A stretch of DNA of 59,705 nt, filler included, from Globobulimina sp. (taxonomy: Eukaryota): assembly GCA_003354225.1 (NCBI GenBank). It is 9 parts of 9 records of this genome, joined end to end, with 100 filler letters (N's around TTAATTAATTAA, not from the genome) between each part and the next. Parts side by side here need not be neighbours in the genome. Positions count along the whole stretch, not along the records: positions 1 to 6,567 come from PIVH01000274.1; positions 6,668 to 13,224 come from PIVH01000275.1; 7 more parts are not named here. The stretch is one strand, 5' to 3'. Shown here one piece after another: positions 1-10,200 of the stretch. The notes beneath the pieces are model-generated. The model did no database searches. It had not been told where the DNA came from and saw only the letters and a list, made by a program, of their open reading frames with translations. Position numbers and translations under genes: made by a program. How positions within the stretch are numbered: position 1 is the first letter of the stretch; every line of letters begins with the position of its first letter.

Positions 1-116
1 AGAGGCAATAGAGTGAGGACTATTTATTAATCCACGCTGCTGGCAAGCAATCCTCTTAGACATAAGTAGACTTGAAATGTAACGGTCTCGAAAAAAACTT
101 AGTTGAGCATAGTCTA

Positions 117-245
117 ATAGGACGTGTTAGAAACACTTCGTTTTTAAAATTCGCACATTCGCAAGTCATTTTGTTGGAGCTTGGTGATGAGATCATCACC
201 AAGTGGTTCATTTTTCCAAAACGAAGTGTTTCTAACACGTCCTAT
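117..245. mobile_element. MITE-like element with 28-bp perfect terminal inverted repeats
   Basis: ATAGGACGTGTTAGAAACACTTCGTTTT (117-144) is the exact reverse complement of 218-245. TCTA flanks both sides (113-116, 246-249), and there is an internal 11-bp hairpin at 180-203. Confidence 0.65.
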
Positions 246-578
246 TCTAAAGTAATTCTGTAAATTGGTGTTAATTTTTTCTATCTGCATCAGCAATGGT
301 TTTGTAAACAATTGCTAATGTACATTTGTTCTTCAATCATGGACCTACTTAATATGTATAAATAACATTGTTTGCTAGCTCCAGCTCCTTCTTCATGCTC
401 GGTATACAACAAAAAATCACAAAAGATTGGTGTATTGAGTTTATGGACGTTGCCAATGTAAAAAAAAATATAGATTTTCTTATGGGTTACAAATACAGAG
501 GGTTATCTTTTGGAATATATCGTTCAGTTAAATTGACTACAATTAGCACACCACTCTCAAAACAACAGAGTTTTAGCG

Positions 579-3500
579 TCACATTACATTTGGTTTAATT
601 GTTTGATACGGATTATTTGCTCTTACACCAGGCATTTCTATACTGTTTCTAAGACGATTACCAATAGGAACCTGTTTCCAATTCTCATCAATATGTCCCG
701 CTGCTTTATAATTTGGAAATCGATAAAATGGGGAAATCAAACAAAATAATAATAATATTAATATTGGTAACAAAAAAACAATACTTGTAATAACATGCGA
801 GAACTGATGATTTTTAATAAATATTACTAAAATCGTCAATGACAAACAAACAGTTTCCAAGACATTGATATAATAATTAATAAATGGCAGCATTCTGTCA
901 TTTACGATTAAACAAAATATTAAAAATGAAATAATTATAAACTCTGCGTATTGCCGATTTGCAAAAGATAAAACAGAAAATAATGCAATAACTGTTCGAC
1001 GGAATAAAATAAAAAATTCAAAATACCAATACTTATTTTTATATGATTTAGTTAAAGAATTTAAATATGAATCTTTAGAGCCTCTTAATTTGTCATCCAT
1101 TTTATATAAATTTATAAAAAATACCATAAAAATAAGTACAATTAAACATAATGCGATTAATGCAACAAACCATGAAACATCATAACAAGAAGAATATGCA
1201 TAATAAAAATGAACATTAATATCATCATTTATTTGTCGACATGATAAAATTTTAAAAATAACTCCTAAGATTTGACCCATACACAATAATAAAATAACTA
1301 TAAATGCTTTAAAAAAATTTGGTGGAGCTTTATTTTTTTTATTTTTATTACAAACGGGACAAAGTGATAATAAATAATATATAACCAAACAAACCATCGA
1401 TAGAGTGGACACTGTTAAACTTAATAAAATTTTATTTTGAGCATTGAGATTTTTCAAAAAGCATAAACCAGAGAATGATGAATTTGAATTTGATGAAGAT
1501 ATAAAGGATAAATTAAATAATTCAATGAATGATAATAAATAAACTGACACATTTATACCGTTATTATGTGTTAATATCATTGATATGGATTGGAAATAAT
1601 ATGAGATCGGATTAAAAATCATTATTAGAATCACTCTGTAAAACGAAGTTTTAGATTTATTGCCTTTTTTAATACAAAAACATGTTTTTGTATTGGTTTC
1701 TTTTTTTGCGTGGTTTGTGTTGTGTGATGTATGTAATATAAATATTGATATTATCATCGCAAATGCCAATGGGAATAATGTGCGTTCATAATAATTTCTG
1801 TCACACTTTCCACATTGTACAGCACCAATTAATTCAGTATATCCATGTAAACATTTTGAACATAAATAACTGTTTTTGTCTCTGCCTTTTGCGCACAATG
1901 TTGCTTCAGAATCATTATAATAATTACATCCATTCATACTGTTACAACATCGATACGGAGGACACAAACTGGATATTATTGATTGATTCTTATCATTAAT
2001 ATCTATATCAATCCAATAATTAAAACTTACCAAAATATCATTTTTTCCATTACACGAAATTGCATTTTCAGTATCAATATTATCTGCATTACAATCGATG
2101 CATTGATTAATGGTTGGAAGCAAAGAAAAATAACCATTGGAACATATTTCACATTGCTTTATTGTGCCGCTTTTACCATAACCGGATGGACAGGGAATAA
2201 CTGTAAAATTTACATCATTTACATTAAATTCATTATTTAATACAACTGTGTCGATGGTATAATAATTTCCAACATTGTCCATATTAATTGTTTGGATATA
2301 AATTCCTTGTTCACAAATCTCACAATAACCAGTCGCATCAATATGTATTGATAATTGTATGTATAATTCCTCTGATTCTAATTCAATATTAATTGCTTGA
2401 TCATAATCACTGATTTTATTTCCATATTCGTCTTGAATGAAATAATTAATATGCAATTTGCCTCCGGCATAATATCCATTCTCTATTATTTCTAAATATA
2501 CATTAATTGGGGTCCAGTGCTTAGAAAATGAAGATCTGGAATCTGATAATGATATTATCGGATTTGAATCTGTTGAATTATACATTGCTGCGCAATCAAC
2601 ATATATTTGTTTGATGACTAATGCATTAATATTAGAATTAGAATCTTCTGTCTTATTAATCATTTCATAGCAATTTAAATCACAATGATCGCCATATGAT
2701 ATATCTATATTATCAGCTAACAAAATATCAAACATTAGTATTGTTCCAGAAGTTAATACAATGGCATTGTATATTCCTTTTATATCATTGACAGATAAAA
2801 ACCTGATTTGTTGTGAAGCAAAAACACTCTGTGATGAATCCATAGAAATCAATGGCACATCATTTTGTATGTTAACATCTGTTGCAATAAAATAATCGAT
2901 GTCTCTGTTTGTTTGAATACACACATCATCGAAATCTCTCATTCCTCCATTCCAGCATTGTGAGTCTGTGCTATTTATAATATCAATTAATTTATGTCTA
3001 GAACAGGATGTGATGCTTCCTGATGATAAATGTACTGAATAGCCATAAATTATATTCGCCGACATACAATTAATATTTTGATTTTTCATTATAATGAAAG
3101 GAATATCATTAACTAATGATTGCCCCGCAAATGTATTCCCAATCAATTGTACTCGCGTATTAACATCAAAAAATAATAACCCATCTGTATAAAATAGACT
3201 TTTTGGGTCAAAATTGTCTAAAAAAAGACCAAGTGTTTCTTTTAAATCACCCAAAATGGAGTCAATTTCTGCAGCAAAATTTATTCCATTTTTCAACAAT
3301 GCTAAACCAGCAATATTAATAACAGGAGAAATTAAATTAAATGAAAATGTATTGTTTGTTAATGTGGCTTGGTACGGCTCAGACGATGACTGATATGAGG
3401 CAGAAAGCAATGCATTCCATGCTCTGGGACTAATAACCACAAATCCCCACGGATCATAAAATGAAAAATTACAATTTTTAATAACTGTTTCTTGGGCACT

Positions 3501-4217
3501 AATAAAGATCGGAGGTTGCAGAGCGGCGGACTCAGCGATTGAAAGTAATGAGCCATAAAAGGATCCGATATCAATAAGTTGAACATTATCAAAATATAAA
3601 TATACAACGCCGGGAGATGCAGAAACTACAGAATAAACCTGTTTAACTATTGCATTGGAAATAAAATTGGAGCCTCCATTTAAAAAAAATGATAGAAAGC
3701 CACCAAAAATATCTGCATTATTTATTTCCATCAAACCGCCGCCTTCAATGGCATCATTTCCATCGTTTCTGAACCAAACCCCCGTCACTAAAGCCTTTGC
3801 ATCAAAGCGACAGAAATTATTATTTGCTGAACATTGTGTGCCATGATAATATTGTGTATAATATGACTCTACATTATTGATAAAAGCATTTCCTTTGTTT
3901 CGAAGCAATACAGCATGAACACCGCTTCCTGCCACCATGAAATTGTCGAGATTTAATATCGCAGCGTTATAAATCAACGAATATTTATTTAATCTGAACT
4001 CATAATAAAAGTTACACAGCACAGAGTCGTCCAAACAGAGCTGATTTGAAAACAAACGCATTTCGTCATAACTTATGTCGTTTGAAACTTTAAAATTTGT
4101 AATATTAACCACACCATAATTTTCTATAAATTGTATAGGTACAGAACATGACATTTCTGCCACTGTGTAATAAGAACCATAAGTTTGTACGTGATCCTTC
4201 CAACAATTTGCAGTCAC
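579..4217 (-). CDS. Large membrane receptor-like protein: Asn-rich ectodomain, Cys-rich GCC2/GCC3-TNFR-like segment, multi-pass (~7 TM) C-terminus; 5' end uncertain
   Basis: 1212-aa ORF containing CPSGYG...CEICSNGYFS...CIDC and CAKGR...LCSKCLHGY Cys repeats, followed by several hydrophobic helices. It starts at GTG with no signal peptide, so it is probably 5'-incomplete. Confidence 0.75.
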   Translation of the reverse strand: MTANCWKDHVQTYGSYYTVAEMSCSVPIQFIENYGVVNITNFKVSNDISYDEMRLFSNQLCLDDSVLCNFYYEFRLNKYSLIYNAAILNLDNFMVAGSGVHAVLLRNKGNAFINNVESYYTQYYHGTQCSANNNFCRFDAKALVTGVWFRNDGNDAIEGGGLMEINNADIFGGFLSFFLNGGSNFISNAIVKQVYSVVSASPGVVYLYFDNVQLIDIGSFYGSLLSIAESAALQPPIFISAQETVIKNCNFSFYDPWGFVVISPRAWNALLSASYQSSSEPYQATLTNNTFSFNLISPVINIAGLALLKNGINFAAEIDSILGDLKETLGLFLDNFDPKSLFYTDGLLFFDVNTRVQLIGNTFAGQSLVNDIPFIIMKNQNINCMSANIIYGYSVHLSSGSITSCSRHKLIDIINSTDSQCWNGGMRDFDDVCIQTNRDIDYFIATDVNIQNDVPLISMDSSQSVFASQQIRFLSVNDIKGIYNAIVLTSGTILMFDILLADNIDISYGDHCDLNCYEMINKTEDSNSNINALVIKQIYVDCAAMYNSTDSNPIISLSDSRSSFSKHWTPINVYLEIIENGYYAGGKLHINYFIQDEYGNKISDYDQAINIELESEELYIQLSIHIDATGYCEICEQGIYIQTINMDNVGNYYTIDTVVLNNEFNVNDVNFTVIPCPSGYGKSGTIKQCEICSNGYFSLLPTINQCIDCNADNIDTENAISCNGKNDILVSFNYWIDIDINDKNQSIISSLCPPYRCCNSMNGCNYYNDSEATLCAKGRDKNSYLCSKCLHGYTELIGAVQCGKCDRNYYERTLFPLAFAMIISIFILHTSHNTNHAKKETNTKTCFCIKKGNKSKTSFYRVILIMIFNPISYYFQSISMILTHNNGINVSVYLLSFIELFNLSFISSSNSNSSFSGLCFLKNLNAQNKILLSLTVSTLSMVCLVIYYLLSLCPVCNKNKKNKAPPNFFKAFIVILLLCMGQILGVIFKILSCRQINDDINVHFYYAYSSCYDVSWFVALIALCLIVLIFMVFFINLYKMDDKLRGSKDSYLNSLTKSYKNKYWYFEFFILFRRTVIALFSVLSFANRQYAEFIIISFLIFCLIVNDRMLPFINYYINVLETVCLSLTILVIFIKNHQFSHVITSIVFLLPILILLLFCLISPFYRFPNYKAAGHIDENWKQVPIGNRLRNSIEMPGVRANNPYQTIKPNVM

Positions 4218-4445
4218 ATTATATTTATAATCAAATTTGATTACGATGGCAATCGATATATTATAACAGTAATGTGATTTGATTATAAATAATGAAATTG
4301 GATAGATTATGAATAATCACACTGCACAGATTTGAAATGTATACAAAAAGTGTATACTTAAATAATTAATCTGAACGATAACAATCTGAAAACCACACTC
4401 TAAAAAAATAAAACCAAAACAGATTGAAACGGAATAAAAAGATAA

Positions 4446-5015
4446 TTATAAACTTGAATTATTTGAATTTTTATTTTTATTTTTATTTCTATTTTCTACC
4501 AATTTATCACATTCTTCAACCAATATTTTATCCGAAATAACACTGTCAACAATCTCATACACCAATTCCTTGAATGCTTCCTTTGATACTTCCAATAAAT
4601 GCATCGGTTCTTCATCCTCTTCATCGCCTTCACTTTCATCCATTTCTCGTTTGTCGCTTTTTCGTCGGCTGACTCGACTCTGTCTTGCGTCTTCGTATTT
4701 TCTTCGCCGCAACTCATCATAATAAATCTTTATCGCTTCTTTTTGACGTTGTGCGTAATCATAAGGCCGTGGATAATATTGCATAACGCGCATCTTTGCC
4801 AATGATTGGCCGTATGCCGACGCCCTCAAAAATAACATGGATGGCGGTTGATGTAATTGCCATCTTCGAATTCTTCGGCATTCATCATTCGATGCTTCGC
4901 GACAATCTGCAATTCTCGCTTGAATAATTCTTAATTTCGCCATAAGGCGATTTCTCTCAATTTTCAATCTAACAAATAATGACAATGGCTTTTGTCGTAT
5001 TCTTTTAGGTGACAT
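4446..5015 (-). CDS. Hypothetical basic/coiled-coil protein, possibly an accessory ORF of the adjacent Crypton-like element
   Basis: ORF from ATG 5015 (MSPKRIRQKP...), Arg-rich then acidic. Same strand as, and downstream of, the recombinase. Confidence 0.45.
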   Translation of the reverse strand: MSPKRIRQKPLSLFVRLKIERNRLMAKLRIIQARIADCREASNDECRRIRRWQLHQPPSMLFLRASAYGQSLAKMRVMQYYPRPYDYAQRQKEAIKIYYDELRRRKYEDARQSRVSRRKSDKREMDESEGDEEDEEPMHLLEVSKEAFKELVYEIVDSVISDKILVEECDKLVENRNKNKNKNSNNSSL

Positions 5016-5125
5016 TGCAAAAGCTTTTAGGTGCGAAAGAAAGAGTTTACTGAAAAAGATTTGACTGACAAGAATGTGAAAAACTTTTTTGTTTTCAATT
5101 AAATAAAGGAAAAAAATAAAAGAAG

Positions 5126-5416
5126 TCATTTTTCCGGTTTAACAACACCAACATCTCTTATACTCCGTAATACACCGCAAATAATTGAATTTATCTGCGA
5201 CTGAGTGACTTGTAATAATTCTTCCGGTTCTTTCTTTTCCTCTGTTTCTGGCTTTTTCTTTTTCATTCCCATAAATATAACTTCATCGTCTTCGTTTTCA
5301 TATTTTGTGATACTTTTTGTTCCTTTCAATGGCGAATATCGTGCATTTGCACACTTATTTTGTACGCCGTGATTGAATTTTTTATGTTCTAACTCTTCTT
5401 TTTCTAATTCTGGCAA
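5126..5416 (-). CDS. Probable 3' exon of the Crypton-like gene, or a small acidic/basic ORF
   Basis: Open frame LPELEKEE.... A GT-AG intron at 5425-5600 (donor GTAAGA) would join it in frame to the upstream ORF, which is speculative. Confidence 0.35.
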   Translation of the reverse strand: MPELEKEELEHKKFNHGVQNKCANARYSPLKGTKSITKYENEDDEVIFMGMKKKKPETEEKKEPEELLQVTQSQINSIICGVLRSIRDVGVVKPEK

Positions 5417-5442
5417 TTTAATTTCTGTGTTATTTGCATTAC

Positions 5443-6567
5443 TTAGACTGATAAAATTATTGAGTTAATTTGCATCACTTGCGATGAGTTAAAATTATTA
5501 TTTTGTGATAAAATTTGCGAATTTCGCAAATTCCAATTCGTTGCATTTACGCCATTCAATGAATTCATTCTTAAATCTGGCAATGAAATATTTGTCTTAC
5601 CGCCACTTACAAGACATGGCGGAAAATAATCGCTTAACGGTGGCAATGTAACATTACTTATTGATGCTGGATTAAATATATCTATATCCATATCATTATT
5701 ATTCGTATTATTATTATTCTTATTATGATTATTATTCGTATTTTGATTACAAATATTACGTAATCCCATATCAATAATGGATTCAGTTTGTGATAAATCG
5801 CGTTTTTTATTTATTGACTCTAAATAATTTGTGAGCCCTCCCTTTTGATGACCGGATCTACGCCGGATTTGTAACTCCGATAAATTCAATTGTTCCATTA
5901 CACCGACGCCTAAATAACGTAAATCATTCACTATTCCCTCATAATTACATCCAAATGACTCCAATACCAATTTGACACTGTTTAAAAATCCCGTTTTGCC
6001 CAACCTCGATCCCTCATAAAATCCAATCTCTCTCCCCTTTATTTTATAGACTAAAATATATAAAAACAAGCAATATAAAATATACACACATTAACTATCT
6101 CATATCGCTCTTTTGGATGCGCAAAGAATGCGCGTTCACGCACTTTCTTTGGGCGTAAACTAATTAAATCCAAAAATACATCATAACTATTTGGCTCATC
6201 GGCTCTTCGATTGCTAATATATACGCGATCATTCTCCATTTGCTGCCCATTAACACCCGGAACTTTACTCTTTTTCGTCGATTTATTATTTTTAATGCCA
6301 AGCGGGTGCACAAAAGTGATTCCATCGTTGGTGTAATACACGTTTCTCTCCATTTGCAACAATAAATATTCATCTTCGCTTCTTTGGATAAATTTGACGC
6401 ATAAATGTAATATGCAGCAACCTGTTAAGTATTTGGGGGTGTGATATTTCTTGATAAATTTGTATTTTTTATAACATTCACGCCATATAGGCGCAAATTG
6501 CTCGACCGTCAATCCATTATTCTCGGCGCCCCTTTCCTTGTTTTTTTTTTTTGGCGCAATATACTGT
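5443..6567 (-). mobile_element. Crypton/DUF3504-type tyrosine recombinase, 5'-partial, one intron (6051-6085)
   Basis: Joining ORFs 6051-6512 and 5443-6087 across a 35-nt GT-AG intron gives QRSEDE...KNNK...AFFAHP...FYEGSRLGK...VNDLR...IRRRSGHQKGGLTNY. This matches the Crypton pattern LRGGEE/SKNN/FYLRP/WY..PLGK/NHSLR/TGH.S....Y. Confidence 0.7.
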
Positions 6568-6667
6568 NNNNNNNNNNNNNNNNNNNNNNNNNNNNNNNNN
6601 NNNNNNNNNNNTTAATTAATTAANNNNNNNNNNNNNNNNNNNNNNNNNNNNNNNNNNNNNNNNNNNN
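6568..6667. other. Artificial contig spacer
   Basis: 44N + TTAATTAATTAA + 44N. Confidence 0.99.
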
Positions 6668-7237
6668 CAGTTGGAACAACAACCGATATTCAACCAGCAA
6701 CAACGAACGGTGCATGGTAATTGATATGATGAAGCTTGGAATGGTTTGGAAGATGTGGAACGATCGCTGCTTTCTCAAGCTTGTTCAGGCACTTTCGGTG
6801 CTGGTGGTGTTGACATGCCTGACTTTCCAGATACCTATCCATGCTCAAACGGAGGTAACAAATTCAATTTTTCTAAAAAACATAGAGATAACAAAGGGAA
6901 ATTATTTAGATTATTTCTAAAAATTGAGAGAAGACCAAGAAAAGCAGAGATTACAGTTTAGTTTCTACATATTGCTAGTCTTGTGTGCTGTACAATGTAC
7001 AGCCTCAAACTGCAATGATGCAGTAGCACTTATGTTGTAATTTCTATCAATTGCTGGTGTGGTGTGTTGTTCCATGAACAACCCCCAAACTGCAATGAGG
7101 TATGAGTAGTATAAAATTTCGTACAACTTTGTGTGTACTAATGATGATGTACCTTACTGGTTAAATCCAGTATAAATACCTGACCATACATATTATTGTC
7201 TAAATATCACAGCGAGGAAAGCATTCATTCATAGGAA

Positions 7238-10200
7238 ATGATGATGGACAACTCAGATTCTGAAAATGTAAGTATTGTTTGAACGATTGAGAATGTTGCC
7301 ATATAATTCCACTTTTAGTCTAACAGCAGTGGCGAGGAAAGTACTGGAGATGACGAATTCCTTAGAAATTCGGGCGGGTAAGTGCTATCTATCTACTAGT
7401 ATACCCAGAATAAGTAATGTTTTTTGCAGATACAATCATTTCAAAGTTGAATCGGAACCACTACTGAAGCGTGCAAAAATTCTTGCTAATCAGATGGGTG
7501 GGGCAAAAGTTGGTGATAGCACTGATGGTGATACAACAGACGATGAGAAAGAAAAGCAGGAACGAGAGTCAAGTATGATAAATCGTCACTTGGGTTTGAT
7601 CCAAGATTATACATTTGTTACAAAAACTAATCCCAATCATATTTACGTTAATTTTAATTTACTCGAGCTAGAACTAAATACTGTAACTGTAATGGAGCAT
7701 TTGCGTACAATTTTGAAAATATATAGTAATCCAAACACCCAAATTTTCGTAAATCCTCAACTCGGCTTCATTCTCTATAACCAAACCGGAAATGAAATCG
7801 TTAAATATTTCTATCCAAGTGCCAATACTTCCTTATTCTCCCAGTTTAAACTTTTGTCGACAAAAACTTTAAAACAATTAGAATCCGACGTAGGTAAATT
7901 GTATCTATTAAATTGGCCTTTTCATGCCAAAATGGAAGGTGCTGAAAAGAGCGATTTAGGCTTCACATTGATTACTAATATTTGCTACAGTATAATTATT
8001 GAATAATTATAGCAACGATCAATAAAATGCAAATTTTAATGGATTTTGATACTGTAATGACCAATATCAGTGAAAAAATCAGTACTAGTCTTTTCTGCTG
8101 CATTGTGAAGTACCTTGATCGGGAAGTGGGCTTACTAAATCGAAAAGATCGTTTACTACTAGAAAAGGCATTAGATTCGATGGTTTTGGCAATTAACGAT
8201 TTGCTCCCATCCGATATTCAGAATCTTAGAGCTTTTGGCATCATAAGGCCTACAATTGAAAATTTTAAAATACTTTGTAAACTTGAAAAGTACTTTAAAA
8301 TTGGTATACGTATACGAAATGATGACGGTTTTGAAGTTAGATCTCCAGGTCAAAGCGATTTAAATACCCAAATATGGGACCATCATTTCTACGATAATAC
8401 CATGAATGTAATCTATACCCTAAAGGGACATCAGCGATATGTATTGATACTGAATGAAGATGCTTACTTTGGTCATCATCGATGCAATTATTGCAACAAT
8501 TTGTATGACAACCACAGTGAATTAAATCACCATCTTAATCGTTATGGATGTCCGGCCGAAAAGCATCTGGACACCACTGGAGAACTCCCAGGTTTCAATG
8601 ACCAACTCGGAATTCAATATGTATGCAAGCAAGGAATATGGCGCCCAAAAATGAACATCATACAAGTACTTACAGTATTGATGATGCTAACATATTATTA
8701 GCCAAGTTATTTGCAGAAATTAGAGGAATTGGACATTTTATTACTGCCGCGTCATAAAGCTCCAGATGGTGTGATGTATTCAAAAATGTTCTGCGTGTTC
8801 GATATTGGTTAGTTTTTTATTGTATTAATTACACTTGCTTTTTTTTGATTATTGTTGTCTATAGAATCATTTTTGGAAGGTATAGATGATAATACAGCAC
8901 ACTATAGATACTCTATGGAACACAAAGCTGCTATGGTAATCATTTCATATTCTGACAAAAAATATGCAAATTTTTGTCATTGCTAGATTGCTTACACCAA
9001 TTCTTTCGATTGGCAAACCAAAGTTTTTGTTTCTGACCCAAAGGAACCTTCCAAGTTTGTCTGTGAATTCATACATTCTCTACTAGAATGTCAACAAACT
9101 ATGAGCAACAATTTACGACAAGAAATTCAAATATATTTCGATGAGATCGAAAGACGAATAATGCATGAAAAGCGCGATTATTGGTTGAAGCGTTACAACT
9201 CACTACTCAAAACTCTGAATACATATGTAGAAACTATACCTATTTTAGGCTGGAACTCTGGCAAATATGACATCCCAGTTTTGAGAACAATGGGGTTTTT
9301 TTATTACTTAGACAATCTCGATGGTCCCATCAGTGCCTTAAAGAAAACGGGGAGCCGTTATTTGAGTGTCAATTCAAAACATTTAGTTTTTTTAGATTGG
9401 ATTTGCTTTCAAGGGTCTAAATTACCACTTAGAGACTATTTGACCAAATTTCAAAATGCTTCAAACCAGAAAGCTATGGAGAAAGAATATTTTCCATATG
9501 GGTAAGGTCGAGCACTCACAGGGGCCGCTGCAAGACACGCTTGCGTGTCTTGCAGGGGAAGAGATAGTCAAGCGCGCGCCCACACAACACCGAAAAAAGC
9601 AAGCCTGGCTTACATTCTTATTAAATAGAATCAAATATGTGGCCTGGCCTCAAATTATTGTTTCTATTTCAGCTGCCTAATATCTCATTCATCTTTGCAT
9701 CAACCATTACCAACACTTGATAAATTCTGGGATGATCTACACAAACGAAATCAATTGGCTTCAACTGAATGGCTAAAGTATGAGAAATTGTGCAGCAAGC
9801 ATAATCATCAGCAGGCCCTGGCTATGCTCAAACTGGACAAACCACCCGAAAGCCCTGAAGAAAAATATCAGATTGTCAAGAATTACTGGATAAGTAAAGG
9901 TTTCAAAACAGTACTGGACATTTTGGTTAGTTACATTAAAGCCGATTGCCTACCATTAGCGAGAGCCATTCTCCAGTCCTTGACTTTATACCATTCATAT
10001 AATATCGACATTCTTTGTGACTATGTTAGCTTACCATCTTTTGTGCTGCATTTGGCTATAAGCTTCATACCTAATAAGAAAGATTGCTTTTTCGTTTTGT
10101 TGCAGTGGGATGAGAGAGAGATGTTGCAAAAGTGTTTGCTCGGAGGACCTTCAATAATATTTACTCGATATGTCAAAGTAGGTGAATCACGGCTGAGACC

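Noticed and set aside
6668-7100. Possible 3' end of a capsid or other Polinton gene upstream of polB
   Set aside because: Only short ORFs with ambiguous splicing and no diagnostic motif.
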